Made by a program: the position numbers and the translations under genes | Shown here: positions 38,209 through 49,623 of the stretch, in pieces | Layout of the letters: every line of letters begins with the position of its first letter | Numbering within the stretch: the first letter of the stretch is position 1 | Assembly (NCBI GenBank): GCA_964622715.1 | Contig: CAZURR010000001.1 | Span: 31,495 to 95,017, forward strand | Length of the DNA: 63,523 bases | Direction of reading: 5' to 3' | DNA from: an uncultured Hyphomicrobium sp. | Lineage (GTDB): Bacteria; Pseudomonadota; Alphaproteobacteria; Rhizobiales; Hyphomicrobiaceae | The notes under the pieces: model-generated | Database searches by the model: none | Seen by the model: only the letters and a program-made list of their open reading frames with translations | Told to the model about the DNA's origin: nothing

Positions 38209-40755
38209 TTACCAAAGGCCGCCGCGTCCCGATCCGAAACCTGGGCGCTGTGGCGCGGGCTGGTAGGCATCGTTGCGCACCGCTCCCGCATTCGTCACTT
38301 CTTCAGACAGCCCGATCACTGAATAAGCATCGTCAGGTTCCTCACCAGGTTTAAACGCTTCGATGATGGTGTCGGGCTGATCAGCCGATGCCCGCAAACC
38401 CGTGCGGTGGTTGATGCGCACCAACTTGATACCAGGAGGAATTCGGAACGGTATTGCGGGTTCATCGGCGAGCGCCTCCTTCATGAAGGCACTGAAAATT
38501 GGTGCGGCAACACGCCCACCTGTCTGTCCTTTGCCCATCGGCCGCGGCGTGTCGTATCCGACAAACACGCCGACGACCAGATCGGGCGAATAGCCGATGA
38601 ACCAGGCGTCCTTCTCCTCGTTCGTCGTGCCAGTCTTTCCTGCAAGAGGGCGTTCGAGCTTCTTGAGCGAGCGAGCGGTGCCGTGTTGAACCACACCCTC
38701 CAGGATGGATGTCATCTGGTAGGCGGTGTGGGGATCGATAATCTGACGGCGATCGTCGAAAATTTGGGGTTCGCCCTGCCCCGCCCACTCTTCTGCCTTG
38801 CAGTTCTCGCACACGCGCTGGTCATGACGCCAAATAGTGCGCCCCCAGCGGTCCTGAATGCGGTCGATGAGCGTCGCCTGTACCTGCCGGCCGCCATTCG
38901 CAAGCATGCAATAGGCAGTCGCGATCCGCAGCAGCGTTGTCTCGCCCGCACCCAGTGACATGGACAGAACGGGCAGCAAATCATCGTAGATGCCGAACCG
39001 CTTGGCGTACTCGGTGATCATCGGCATGCCGAGATCCTGCGCCAGTCGCACCGTCATCTGGTTGCGCGATTTCTCAATGCCGAAGCGTAGCGTCGAGGGT
39101 CCGCCGGATTTTTCTTTCTCGTAGTTCTCCGGCCGCCAGATGTCTTGGCCCGGACCCTGCTCGATCTCGATCGGTGCATCGAGCACAATGCTTGTCGGCT
39201 TGTAGCCGTTCTCGATCGCGGTTGCATAGACGAAGGGCTTGAACGACGAGCCTGGCTGGCGCCGTGCCTGCAAAGCCCGGTCGAATTGGCTTATGTGGAA
39301 TGAAAAACCGCCCACGACAGCGAGCACGCGTCCTGTATGCGGGTCCATGGCGATAATGCCGCCGCCCACTTCGGGGATTTGCATCAGTGACCAAACGCCG
39401 GCGATGTCCTCAGGATCCTTGGGCGCAACGTAGATCACGTCGCCCGGTGAGAGAACGTCGGTAATGGCTTTGGGAACTTTCTTCGTGCTGGCGGACTTGG
39501 CCCACTTGACCTCTTGGAAGGCGATCTCGACCGCTTCGCGCTTGTCGACAAGCTTGCCGTCCTGCTTCTTGGCCGGCTTCAGGCCGACGACAGCCTTCGT
39601 CGCGTCCGCGTCCAGAACAACGCCCAGCCGCCACGGTGAAATATCGTCAGGGCTTTCGATATTGATCAGCCCCTTGCCCCAGTCCCCCGAAATGTCGATT
39701 TTTGATACCGGCCCGCGCCAGCCCTTGCGGTGGTCGAACTGGGCCAGTCCGTCCATAAGCGCGTTACGCGCGATCCGCTGCAAGCGCGGATCGAGGGTGG
39801 TACGCACAGAAAGGCCACCGCCGTAAAGCTTCGCCTCGCCGTACCCATCATGAATCTGCCGGCGCACCTCCTCGGCAAAAAACTCCGCGGCAAAGATGTG
39901 CGCTCCCAGTTTGCGTAATCGCACGCCGAGCGGTTTTGCCTTGGCGGCTTCGGCCTGCTCAGAGGTGATGTAGTCATTGTCCTCCATCCGGCCGATAACC
40001 CAATTGCGCCGAATCAACGCGGCCTGGGTCTTACGGAACGGATGGTAATTGTTGGGACCTTTGGGCAAAGCTGCAAGATATGCCGCTTCCTCGATGGTGA
40101 GATCTTTGAGCTCCTTGTTGAAGTAGCTGAGACCTGCCGCGGCCACGCCGTAGGCGCCGATACCGAGAAAAATTTCATTGAGATAAAGCTCAAGGATCTT
40201 ATCTTTGGAATAAGCGCGCTCGATACGGATGGCCAGAATGGCTTCCTTGATCTTGCGCTCCATTGAGCGCTCGTTACTTAACAGGAAGTTCTTGGCCACC
40301 TGCTGCGTGATGGTGGAGGCACCCTCGATACGCAGAGTCTTGCCTTGTATCTTTGCCTCTAAGTATTTGTAGACCACGCGGGCGATGCCTTGAGGGTCGA
40401 TTCCGCCGTGCTGGTAGAAACGGCTGTCCTCGGCCGATAGGAAGGCGGCAATGACGTGTTTAGGAATGGTGTTGATCGGCACGAAGATGCGCCGCTCGCG
40501 TGCGTATTCAGCGATGAGTGAGCCATCGTGCGCGTGGATACGCGTCATCACCGGCGGCTCGTATTTCGCAAGGCTCTCGTAGTCCGGCAAGTCCTGGGAA
40601 TACTTCCAGAGAAAGTAGCCCGCCGCCGCGGACCCGGCGATGAATAGCACCACGGCGGCCGCAAACCCGTAGCCGAGGAAGCTCAGCAAGAGGCTCTTGG
40701 GCCGTTTACGACTCCGTCGCGGCGTGCGTGATGGATTATTGGTGGCTCGCATCAA
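38209..40755 (-). CDS. mrcA: Class A penicillin-binding protein 1A
   Basis: EDSRFY.H.G, GASTITQQVAKN, RKIKE; transpeptidase SSFK, SRN, KTGT. Confidence 0.95.
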   Translation of the reverse strand: MMRATNNPSRTPRRSRKRPKSLLLSFLGYGFAAAVVLFIAGSAAAGYFLWKYSQDLPDYESLAKYEPPVMTRIHAHDGSLIAEYARERRIFVPINTIPKHVIAAFLSAEDSRFYQHGGIDPQGIARVVYKYLEAKIQGKTLRIEGASTITQQVAKNFLLSNERSMERKIKEAILAIRIERAYSKDKILELYLNEIFLGIGAYGVAAAGLSYFNKELKDLTIEEAAYLAALPKGPNNYHPFRKTQAALIRRNWVIGRMEDNDYITSEQAEAAKAKPLGVRLRKLGAHIFAAEFFAEEVRRQIHDGYGEAKLYGGGLSVRTTLDPRLQRIARNALMDGLAQFDHRKGWRGPVSKIDISGDWGKGLINIESPDDISPWRLGVVLDADATKAVVGLKPAKKQDGKLVDKREAVEIAFQEVKWAKSASTKKVPKAITDVLSPGDVIYVAPKDPEDIAGVWSLMQIPEVGGGIIAMDPHTGRVLAVVGGFSFHISQFDRALQARRQPGSSFKPFVYATAIENGYKPTSIVLDAPIEIEQGPGQDIWRPENYEKEKSGGPSTLRFGIEKSRNQMTVRLAQDLGMPMITEYAKRFGIYDDLLPVLSMSLGAGETTLLRIATAYCMLANGGRQVQATLIDRIQDRWGRTIWRHDQRVCENCKAEEWAGQGEPQIFDDRRQIIDPHTAYQMTSILEGVVQHGTARSLKKLERPLAGKTGTTNEEKDAWFIGYSPDLVVGVFVGYDTPRPMGKGQTGGRVAAPIFSAFMKEALADEPAIPFRIPPGIKLVRINHRTGLRASADQPDTIIEAFKPGEEPDDAYSVIGLSEEVTNAGAVRNDAYQPAPQRPGFGSGRGGLW

Positions 40756-40917
40756 CCTTCAATCCGTTGATCGGGCATCCTAAAGTCGACCTCTTTGATG
40801 CGGCAAGCTAACGACACAAAGCAGGCAGCTTAACATTGAATGTGGCATTACATCGTCGCACATGGCTCTTTCAGCAAGCACCGAGAAGATATTGATAAGG
40901 TTAAGAATTTTTCAGCC

Positions 40918-42186
40918 TCATGGTGCACTCGCCGTCCTCTTGGCGAAATAGGAATCGACTGCCGCCCCAATAGAATCAGCGACCTGACGTTGCCACTTGC
41001 TTGAATTCAGCAGTTTTTCGTCCTTCGCATTGCTCATATACCCCAGTTCAATGAGAACAGAGGGCGTGTCCGATTGTCGTAGGACCTTAAAGGCCGCTGA
41101 GCGCCGCGGACGGCGCGACAGGGAGATGGTTTTGCGCAACCGTTTCACAAGGGACTTGGAGAAATCGGCGGAGAAATTCGCAGTCTCGCGCCTGAGTAAG
41201 TCGAACAGGATGCTCTTCAACTTTCCCCCATCGTCAACGTCTGCGGTGTCGAGACCGGCAAATCTGTCCGAGGCATTCTCCTTCTCAGCAATGAGACGAG
41301 CCTCCTCATCGGATGCGCGTTCCGACAGTGTATAAACGGTCGCCCCGCGAACCGTTTTTGCATAGTCCTTCTGCTTAATGGCGTCAGCGTGGAGCGAGAT
41401 GAACAGGTCTGCGCCAAGCTCACGCGACAGCTTCAACCGCTGATCGAGCGACAAAAACACATCGCTGCCTCGCGTCATGTGCACCTCGTAGCGGCCACTC
41501 TTGGCAAGGCGCTTCTTGAGCTTTTGTCCGACCGCGAGCACAACTGTCTTCTCGGGAATACTGGTGGCGCTGATTGCTCCTGGATCGATGCCCCCATGGC
41601 CGGGATCGATCAGAACAACAGGCTTTGAGCGGTTCTTACGTTTGACGACCGGCTTTTTGGGCGCCTCGGACCTGGCCGTTTTCTTGCGAGAACCGCCAGT
41701 TCCGGTGCCAAATACCTTCGGCGTTGTTGCAGTCAGCTCGACCGAAAGCCTCACCTTTTCACCGCCGACAGCGTTCATGCTCGCGTTGCCGATCAGTACG
41801 GGCCCTACCGCATCGAGCACAATGCGCGCCTTGCCTTCTGAGAGGAGGCCGAAGCGAAACGCCGAGATGAGCCCGCGTCCTGTTTGACCGGTCCCCGCCG
41901 GCAAACGGAATGCCACGTCGGGCAGATCGATTACGACGCGATAGGGATTGGAGAGCGTGAAGACTTCGAGCCGCACTCCGGTTGAGAGATCGAGGTGGAA
42001 TGTGGTCTTTGACCGATCGCCAACCAACCTGGCGCGGTCGGCTTCGATGGCCTTTGCGGCTTGCGTGGACCGGCCCGCACGCGCCTCCCAGTTGCTGGTC
42101 CCGGTGAAGCCGGCCACCGCCGCGGCAGCCATAACCGGCACCACCAGCAGCGCTGTCCCCCAGCCTCTCCACCCGCCAATCGGCAT
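40918..42186 (-). CDS. amiC: N-acetylmuramoyl-L-alanine amidase (AMIN + Amidase_3)
   Basis: [12 protein letters not shown]; [27 protein letters not shown]. Confidence 0.92.
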   Translation of the reverse strand: MPIGGWRGWGTALLVVPVMAAAAVAGFTGTSNWEARAGRSTQAAKAIEADRARLVGDRSKTTFHLDLSTGVRLEVFTLSNPYRVVIDLPDVAFRLPAGTGQTGRGLISAFRFGLLSEGKARIVLDAVGPVLIGNASMNAVGGEKVRLSVELTATTPKVFGTGTGGSRKKTARSEAPKKPVVKRKNRSKPVVLIDPGHGGIDPGAISATSIPEKTVVLAVGQKLKKRLAKSGRYEVHMTRGSDVFLSLDQRLKLSRELGADLFISLHADAIKQKDYAKTVRGATVYTLSERASDEEARLIAEKENASDRFAGLDTADVDDGGKLKSILFDLLRRETANFSADFSKSLVKRLRKTISLSRRPRRSAAFKVLRQSDTPSVLIELGYMSNAKDEKLLNSSKWQRQVADSIGAAVDSYFAKRTASAP

Positions 42187-42337
42187 GCGTTGTCGCCACC
42201 CCTAATCGCGCGGTGCCCCGCACCCGACGTATCCCGGACTAGCTTCTACCGACGAATTTAACGAATTGTTGGGCATAATTCCCTCAAAATGCAGGAGGTA
42301 TGCCGGCAATCTGCGCGCAGCGGCACTTTTATCACGC

Positions 42338-42367
42338 TTGCAAGCCCCCCGGCGAACCCCTACTAAT
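42338..42367 (+). promoter_or_regulatory. Candidate sigma70-type promoter for rne
   Basis: TTGCAA-N17-TACTAA(T). Confidence 0.4.
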
Positions 42368-43007
42368 CCGGGTGTTACTGCAGAAGTGCCTGTCGGCGGG
42401 ATGCACGTGCGCCGTGAGAACGCCTCTTAGAGGTTCTTGTCTCAACTGTTCGCGCTAAGTCGCCGCGCGCTCCTGAAGGAGTAATGTTCTTCTGCTGCTA
42501 TTCGGTTAGGCGGTGGTTGTTCGCTTGGTTGCACGTGCTCCGATCTCAGTGAAGATCGAGCCTTTTTTGCCCATGTGACCAGCGCCCGCTTGAGACTGTG
42601 GCAATCACAGGCTGTATCGCTCCGCGTATTCGCCCGGGAAAGGAAGGCGACAGGAGTATTGTATTGGGGCCGCCAGCGGTCCCGGCAGCTTCCTCCGATA
42701 TGGAAGCACTTCGACCGGGCGCGTCCACGCGGACGTCGCTGCGAGCGAACTGGAAGTCTAGGTTTATGAAGAACTTGTGCACATACTATTTGGATGCCCC
42801 AGCGCTGGAAGATCAGCGAGGCGGGGTGCGTTTGGCGATGTCCGGCACCAAATCGGCGTGTGTTGCAGCCAACCCCCAATCAGTTCTCTTTTCACACCAA
42901 ACAGTGCGCGCCCGAGATCGGCGTCTCGCCGCCCACGGTCCATTTCCACCGAGGTTTGTGACCTGGAGCGGCAGGCTGTCTCGCCGGCGCGCCAAGGATC
43001 AGCGCAC

Positions 43008-45830
43008 ATGTCCAACAACGAAATGCTTATTGATGCCACGCACCCGGAAGAAACCCGGGTCGTGGTACTGCGTGGAGGCAGGGTAGAGGAGTTCGATTTC
43101 GAGTCCGCCGCGCGCAAACTACTGCGCGGCAATATCTATCTTGCCAAGGTGACGCGCGTGGAGCCATCGCTCCAGGCGGCCTTCGTCGAATACGGCGGAA
43201 ATCGCCACGGCTTCTTGGCCTTCAACGAAATCCATCCCGACTACTACCAAATCCCCATGGCCGATCGCCAGGCACTCCTCGATGAGGAAGCCGCCGCGGA
43301 GGCCGAGGAGGAAGCTGCTGTCGATGCGGAGGCGGAGGCGCGTGCGCGCCGTGGCGAAACGGAGCCTGAAGACGAGGACGGTGAAGAGCCGCTTGAGGAT
43401 TCTGCCGACGACTCCTTGGGCGATCTTGCCGACACAGGCTCCAACGGCGATGAGGATCATGAATTAGACGGCCCGGCACACGTTCTGGCCGAAGCCACCC
43501 TGCCAAAGGACGAAAGGATCGAGGCACCAGACGATGCCCCCCTTGAGGCCGGGTCGTCCGCGGCCAACGAGAATTCCCAACCGACCGAAGCCTTAAACGC
43601 CGACGAGGCTTATCCCGACAATGCGTCTGAGGTTACTGATTCTGGCGACGGTGATGACGAAACCGCGCTGCAAGACGTCAATGGCAACGGCAGCGCCGAC
43701 CCGGAGCGTGTCGAACAGGTCGGCTCCGGCGAGGACGCGCTTGAGGAGCTCCCCTCGCGTCCGCGCAGGCGTCCACGCAGCTACAAAATCCAGGAAGTCA
43801 TTAAGCGGCGCCAGGTGATCCTCATCCAGGTCGTTAAGGAGGAGCGCGGCAACAAGGGAGCAGCTCTCACCACCTACCTTTCTCTCGCCGGACGCTACAC
43901 GGTGCTAATGCCTAACACTGCTCGCGGTGGCGGCATCAGTCGCAAGATCACAAACCCTCAAGACCGCAAGCGCCTCAAATCGATCGCGGCTGACCTCGAA
44001 GTACCCGAGGGCATGGGGCTCATAATTCGCACCGCCGGCGCAGCGCGCACCAAGCAGGAGATCCGTCGCGACTTCGAGTACTTATTGCGCTTGTGGGAAA
44101 GCGTCCGCGACCTGACGCTGCAGAGCCAGGCGCCGAGCCTCGTCTACGAGGAAGGCAACCTCATCAAGCGCTCAATCCGCGACCTCTATAACAAGGACGT
44201 CAGCGAGGTCATCGTCGCAGGCGCACACGCTCACCGCGAGGCCAAGGACTTCATGCGCATGCTCATGCCGAGTCATGCCAAGAACGTCGTCCTCTATCAG
44301 GAGCCGGAGCCGCTCTTTACTCATTTTCAAATTGAGCGTCAGCTCAACGCGATGTTTAGCCCGTACGTTACGCTGCGTTCGGGCGGCTATCTCGTCATAA
44401 ACCAGACCGAGGCGCTGGTCTCCATTGACATCAACTCCGGAAAGGCGACACGCGAGTTTTCCATCGAGGAAACGGCGCTGAAGACCAACCTGGAAGCGGC
44501 CGACGAAATGGCGCGGCAATTGAAGCTGCGCGACTTGGCCGGTCTCATCGTCATCGATTTCATCGACATGGAGGAAAGGCGCCACAACCGCGCAGTCGAG
44601 CGCCGCCTCAAGGAGGCCTTGCGCTTTGATAGAGCCCGCATCCAAGTAGGCCGGATCAGTCATTTTGGCCTACTTGAGATGTCGCGACAGCGCTTGCGCA
44701 CGGGCGTGCTCGAAGGATCGACGTCACAGTGCCCGCATTGCCAGGGAACTGGCATCATACGTTCCACCGAGTCTGTAGCGCTTGCCGTGTTGAGAGGCCT
44801 AGAGGACGCGATTATGGCGGGTGCGCGCACGCCCCTTGTTGCCATGGCCGTGCCGACCGTCGCGCTCTACATTCTTAACAACAAGCGCGCCTTCATCAAC
44901 GATATGGAGGCACGCCACGGCTTACCGATCACGGTCACCGGAAGCGACAAGCTTGCCGGGGCTAACTTTGTCATTGAGAAGGGCGCCACACCGGCTCCCG
45001 CCCAACGCCGCCCCGATCGCAGCACCGTCGTAAATATGGATTGGGGATTTGAAAGCGAAGGTGATGGCGAAACTGATGGCGAGGAAAGCACCGTTGTTCG
45101 TGAGGAGCCGCGGGCTTCGGAAACGAATGAGGATGGCACACCTCGCCGCCGGCGCCGGCGGCGGCGTGGTGGCCGTCGCGGCGACCGGCCTGAGGCCGAC
45201 CTCATAAGCGGCGAGCAACCCGCCGATGACGCAGACCTGAGCGCGGCCAGCGAAGATGAAGCCCGCCAGTCCGCGAAGGCCGCTGACGGCGAAACACGCC
45301 GCGAGGATGACGAAGAGCGCACCGGCCAGCGCGGCCGCAGGCGGGGGCGCCGCGGCGGACGGCGCGTTCGCCAAGCCAAAGCCAACGCTGAGGGTTCGCA
45401 GCCCAGAGAGACTGGCGAACGGCCATTTGTGGACGCTTCTGTCTCCGAGTCTGCGTCAAGCGACCAGCTACCCGCCGGTGCTCAACCGGTCGCAGCGGAA
45501 GTCGAGCTGCCGCCCGCGCCCGTAGCGCGTGCGACCAAGACTCGCAAACCCGCCGAGCTAACACCTGAGCCTACTGCATCGGAGAGTGAAAGCAGCGCCG
45601 AGCAACCGGAGATCGTCGCGCAAGAAGCTGAGCCATTACAAGAGAGCGAGGCGAAGCCCGCGCCGCGCAGACGCACACGCCATCGTGCCAGCGCTGAGGA
45701 ACCGCGCCTAGAACGTGTCGTGGTTGGTCCCGCAGGGGCGAACGATGACGCCGCGGATGACACGCAGAATGAAGAGAGCGCACCTCCAGCGCGCAAGGGC
45801 TGGTGGCAGCGCCGTCTGGGCGGTGATTAG
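43008..45830 (+). CDS. rne: Ribonuclease E
   Basis: MLIDATHPEETRVVV, GNIYLAKV.RVEPSLQAAF, acidic S1 insert, IDINSG, DFIDM, CPHC, Arg-rich CTD, terminal GWW. Confidence 0.96.
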   Translation: MSNNEMLIDATHPEETRVVVLRGGRVEEFDFESAARKLLRGNIYLAKVTRVEPSLQAAFVEYGGNRHGFLAFNEIHPDYYQIPMADRQALLDEEAAAEAEEEAAVDAEAEARARRGETEPEDEDGEEPLEDSADDSLGDLADTGSNGDEDHELDGPAHVLAEATLPKDERIEAPDDAPLEAGSSAANENSQPTEALNADEAYPDNASEVTDSGDGDDETALQDVNGNGSADPERVEQVGSGEDALEELPSRPRRRPRSYKIQEVIKRRQVILIQVVKEERGNKGAALTTYLSLAGRYTVLMPNTARGGGISRKITNPQDRKRLKSIAADLEVPEGMGLIIRTAGAARTKQEIRRDFEYLLRLWESVRDLTLQSQAPSLVYEEGNLIKRSIRDLYNKDVSEVIVAGAHAHREAKDFMRMLMPSHAKNVVLYQEPEPLFTHFQIERQLNAMFSPYVTLRSGGYLVINQTEALVSIDINSGKATREFSIEETALKTNLEAADEMARQLKLRDLAGLIVIDFIDMEERRHNRAVERRLKEALRFDRARIQVGRISHFGLLEMSRQRLRTGVLEGSTSQCPHCQGTGIIRSTESVALAVLRGLEDAIMAGARTPLVAMAVPTVALYILNNKRAFINDMEARHGLPITVTGSDKLAGANFVIEKGATPAPAQRRPDRSTVVNMDWGFESEGDGETDGEESTVVREEPRASETNEDGTPRRRRRRRRGGRRGDRPEADLISGEQPADDADLSAASEDEARQSAKAADGETRREDDEERTGQRGRRRGRRGGRRVRQAKANAEGSQPRETGERPFVDASVSESASSDQLPAGAQPVAAEVELPPAPVARATKTRKPAELTPEPTASESESSAEQPEIVAQEAEPLQESEAKPAPRRRTRHRASAEEPRLERVVVGPAGANDDAADDTQNEESAPPARKGWWQRRLGGD

Positions 45831-45851
45831 GCGCCGCACTCACGCACCAAA

Positions 45852-45887
45852 AGAAAAAGGGCCGGAGGCATAGTCCGGCCCTTTTCT
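45852..45887. terminator. Bidirectional intrinsic terminator
   Basis: aaaagggccgga-ggcatag-tccggccctttt between convergent genes. Confidence 0.88.
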
Positions 45888-45920
45888 AATTTGTCGTGCG
45901 GCTGTGACGCGCGCAGAGGA

Positions 45921-46514
45921 TTAATGCCAGCTTCCGCGACGATCGCCATCGTGATGCCGGCCGCCGCGGCCGCTGCACATGCGCCTGTGCGCGTGGCGGC
46001 GGTGACCCTTCATGCCACCAGCGAACCGGCGCAACACATGATTGGCAACCTCTTTCTGCTCATCGGATAGTGAGGCGTAGAACGGCTTCAATACTTCGCC
46101 GAACTCTTTGGCCCTCTCCGCACGCTCGCTCAGCATGGTTGCGCGCTTGGACATCTTCTCGCTGCGCCTTTCGACACGCTCCGGCAACGTAAGCTTCCCA
46201 TGGTCCTCCCGATCGTGCCGCTCCGCCCGTTTCGCGTGCCACTCCTCGCGCATCTTGCGATGCGCCGCATAGTCGGCGCGGATCTGCTCTTCAACCGGCG
46301 CCCAAAGTTTTTCCTGCTCTTCGTTGAGTTGCAGCGCCGTCTTGGCCATCGCGATGCGCCCATCCTCAAGTCGCGCCTTCGTCTCCGGTGACGGGCCCTT
46401 CCATTCCTTCTTAGACTCGGCCGGCTCCTGCTCGGCCTGCTGCGCCACAACGATCGTGGCCGGAATGGCCGCAACCAACAGGGTGACGGCCACCGCACGT
46501 GACAAATAATTCAT
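45921..46514 (-). CDS. Spy/CpxP (LTXXQ) family periplasmic protein
   Basis: Signal peptide; LQLNEEQEKLW; PFYASLSDEQK; His/Arg-rich tail. Confidence 0.82.
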   Translation of the reverse strand: MNYLSRAVAVTLLVAAIPATIVVAQQAEQEPAESKKEWKGPSPETKARLEDGRIAMAKTALQLNEEQEKLWAPVEEQIRADYAAHRKMREEWHAKRAERHDREDHGKLTLPERVERRSEKMSKRATMLSERAERAKEFGEVLKPFYASLSDEQKEVANHVLRRFAGGMKGHRRHAHRRMCSGRGGRHHDGDRRGSWH

Positions 46515-46649
46515 GAATCTCTCCTGATCTGCTCCAAGCAACGACGGTCAAAGGGTCCCGCCGCCGTTGGTTCAGGTAACGCATTACGCGCCCGCGATCC
46601 GTCGGCGCAGATGCAATTCTCGCAAAATTTGTTTGCGTTGAACGCCGCT

Positions 46650-47864
46650 TTAGGATTGCGGGGTCTGGTACGACCAACGCTGAAGGCGTTGCGCCGCCTC
46701 AATCATGTCTTCCGTGGTCCCCGCATATGAGAAGCGAATAAAGCGGTGTCCCTGCTCCGTGTCAAAGTCGATGCCGGGCGTGGTCGCCACGCCTGTCTCC
46801 TCAAGCATGGCGCGGGCGAATGCGTGACTATCGTTGGTCATCGAGCTGACGTCACAATAAAGATAGAAGGCACCGTCTGCCGGCGCGAAACTTTTGAAGC
46901 CCACCTTCGGAAGTTCCTCCAAAAGCAGCGCGCGGTTTTGGGCATAGACGCGTCGATTGGCTTCCAGCTCGTCCATGCCATCGAAGGCGCCCAGCGCCGC
47001 AGCCTGGGCTACAGCCGGCGGCGAGATGTAAAGGTTTTGCGCCAGCCGTTCCAAAACGCGCACGAGTATTTCTGGAACCACCATCCATCCGACTCGCCAC
47101 CCGGTCATCGAGAAGTACTTGGAAAAGCTATTTATAACGATGACGTCGTCACTATGCGCCAGCGCGGTCTCTGCGGCGCGGGTGAATGTCAGTCCATGAT
47201 AGATCTCATCAGATATGAACCAGACGCCCTCTTTCCGGCATACGCGCACCAGCTCGGCAAGACGCCCCGTCTCCAACATTGTTCCTGTGGGGTTTGCCGG
47301 ACTGGCGATGAGCAACCCCTTGATGCCATCTCGATGAACTGCGTCGGCAACTTGGTCCGCGGTTGGCATCCATCCCGTCGCGGAACCTGTCTGAATTGTA
47401 ACTGGCCTCTGCCCCAGTGTGCTGAGGATATGCCGGTAGCAGGGATAGCCTGGCGAGGGCAGTGCCACCGCTTCGCCGGAGTCAAACAGACCCAGGAACG
47501 CCAACACGAAAGCCGCCGAAGACCCGGTCGTGATGATAACGCGCTCTGGATTGATCTGCACGCCATACCAATCTTTGTAGTGGCGCGCGATGCGTGCACG
47601 TAGCGACTCGCAGCCCAGTGCCATCGTATAGCCCAGCGTGTCCGATTCCAGCGCGCGTGCCGCTGCCGTGCGCGCGGCTTTTGGCGCGGCCGTGCCGGGT
47701 TGGCCCACCTCCATGTGCATAACGCTGTGCCCAGCCGCCTCGTGCGCCAGCGCAGCCCGCATCACGTCCATCACGATAAAACTTGGGATCTGGCTGCGCG
47801 CCGAGCCTCCTGCCAGCAGCGACGCCGCCAATGCTGACCGATCGTTCGTATAGCGTTTAGCCAT
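46650..47864 (-). CDS. Class I/II PLP-dependent aminotransferase
   Basis: SPANPTG, SDEIYHG, NSFSKYFSMTGWRVGW. Confidence 0.93.
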   Translation of the reverse strand: MAKRYTNDRSALAASLLAGGSARSQIPSFIVMDVMRAALAHEAAGHSVMHMEVGQPGTAAPKAARTAAARALESDTLGYTMALGCESLRARIARHYKDWYGVQINPERVIITTGSSAAFVLAFLGLFDSGEAVALPSPGYPCYRHILSTLGQRPVTIQTGSATGWMPTADQVADAVHRDGIKGLLIASPANPTGTMLETGRLAELVRVCRKEGVWFISDEIYHGLTFTRAAETALAHSDDVIVINSFSKYFSMTGWRVGWMVVPEILVRVLERLAQNLYISPPAVAQAAALGAFDGMDELEANRRVYAQNRALLLEELPKVGFKSFAPADGAFYLYCDVSSMTNDSHAFARAMLEETGVATTPGIDFDTEQGHRFIRFSYAGTTEDMIEAAQRLQRWSYQTPQS

Positions 47865-48111
47865 GCTTCTACCTGCAAGCCTCCTCAATCAACGCCGCCG
47901 AGAGGGGGTTTCCCCTCCCGTGCCCCATTCTTGCCAGCCTGCGGTGCTCTCCTTGAGGGCAACACTATTGGTGCCTAAATGGCCTGCAGCGGCAATAAGT
48001 GCCGCTTATATGTCGGGGAATCGATAGCCGCCAGCCTTGCATTGAAGAGACGGTTGCCCCTAACTCCGGGCTTATGTTTGGCGTCTCAGCCCGTGTCCTG
48101 AAACTGGTGCG

Positions 48112-49536
48112 TTGCAGATGACGAAAAAGACAAACATTATGTCGGCCGGGATGACGGCCAGGTCGCGCACCGCAACGCGTGTAGTGCTCGCCGGTGTGGT
48201 TGCACTCACCACTGCTGTGACGGGCACGCAAGCGACTGCGCAAGGGATACCCCTAATCCGAGACTCCGAAATCGAGGAGCTCCTTAGTGACTATGCCAGC
48301 CCCATCTTTCGTGCGGCTGGGTTCGGCTCCGATCGCATTAAAGTGCGCATTGTGCAGGACGACAACTTCAACGCTTTCGTAGTTGATGGTCACAACGTCT
48401 TCATTCACACCGGCGCGCTCATGAAGGCTAAGTCGCCCAATGAAGTGATCGGTGTTCTCGCACACGAAACCGGTCACATCACCGGCGGCCACATGGCTGC
48501 CTTGCGTGCGCGTGTCGCTCAGGACCAGACGCGCGCGCTGCTTGCACAAGTTCTCGGCATCGGACTCATGGTGGCGGGCGGCGTTGCCGGTGGCGACTCC
48601 GCAAGTGACCTTGGCGCTGCAGGCCAGGGCGTCATGTACGGCGGCAATCAGGTGATCATGCGTGGGCTCTTAGCTGAGCGCCGTTCGCAGGAGTCTGCTG
48701 CCGACCAAGCCGGTCTCCAGTTGCTCAACGCGACGAGGCAATCGGCCCAGGGCATGCTGGAGACTTTCGAGAGCTTCGCGCAGCAGGAATACATCTCCGA
48801 AGCGCACAAGACCGCCTTCGCGCGTTCCCACCCGCTCTCCACCGACCGCCTGGCACGCCTGCGAAAGCTCGTGAACAGTAGCCCGTATTTTGATGTGAAG
48901 GACCCGCCGCAGCTCCAATTGCGACACGATCTCATGCGCGCGAAGCTGTCGGGCTATTTGGAAAACCCGCAGATCGTGTTTAATCGCTACCCTCCAACCG
49001 ACAAGACTTTGCCGGCACGATATGCGCGTGCCATCGCACGCTTCTTCCAAGGCGGCCCGGGCGGGCTCGAGGCGGCGCTGGCCGAGGTCGACCGGCTCAT
49101 CGGCGAACGGCCCAACAATCCATATTTCTTTGAGTTGAAGGGTGATCTCCTCATGCGCTCGGGCAAAATGCGCCAAGCGATCCCCCCCTTACGTCAGGCG
49201 CTCAAGCTCAGCCCTGATGCCAGTCTGATGAAGGTTCAGCTCGCAGCGGCACTGCAAGGAGAGAATAGTAAGGCCGCTATCAACGAGTCGGTGACGTTGT
49301 TGCAGCGCTCCCTTGTTGGCGACCCGAACGCAAGGGCCTACCGCCTGCTCGCCAACGGCTACTATAAGCAGGGCAAACGGCCGAAGGCCGATGCGATGAT
49401 CGCGCAGGCATACTTTCAGGAAGGTAACTTGAAACAAGCGCAGATTTTCGCTAAGCGCGCACATTCGCAACTGCGGACGGGAACGCCAGAATGGCTAAAG
49501 AATGATGACATCATAAACTTCAAGCCGCGCACGTGA
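48112..49536 (+). CDS. M48 family metalloprotease with TPR (BepA/YfgC-like)
   Basis: IRDSEIE, NAFV, HETGH, ESAAD, SHP; C-terminal TPR-like helices; start uncertain. Confidence 0.9.
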   Translation: MQMTKKTNIMSAGMTARSRTATRVVLAGVVALTTAVTGTQATAQGIPLIRDSEIEELLSDYASPIFRAAGFGSDRIKVRIVQDDNFNAFVVDGHNVFIHTGALMKAKSPNEVIGVLAHETGHITGGHMAALRARVAQDQTRALLAQVLGIGLMVAGGVAGGDSASDLGAAGQGVMYGGNQVIMRGLLAERRSQESAADQAGLQLLNATRQSAQGMLETFESFAQQEYISEAHKTAFARSHPLSTDRLARLRKLVNSSPYFDVKDPPQLQLRHDLMRAKLSGYLENPQIVFNRYPPTDKTLPARYARAIARFFQGGPGGLEAALAEVDRLIGERPNNPYFFELKGDLLMRSGKMRQAIPPLRQALKLSPDASLMKVQLAAALQGENSKAAINESVTLLQRSLVGDPNARAYRLLANGYYKQGKRPKADAMIAQAYFQEGNLKQAQIFAKRAHSQLRTGTPEWLKNDDIINFKPRT

Positions 49537-49623
49537 ACGTGAACCTCAAGCCGCGTGTCTGATCGCGGAACGTACAATCATGATGCCCTTTCACAACGAA
49601 ATAATCCTCAAAAGGCCCACTCA

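Noticed and set aside
42777-43007. 77-aa N-terminal extension of RNase E
   Set aside because: Conserved RNase E sequence starts at MSNNEMLIDATH (43008)
43260-43790. Large acidic insertion and Arg-rich tail in RNase E
   Set aside because: Normal for alphaproteobacterial RNase E; not novel
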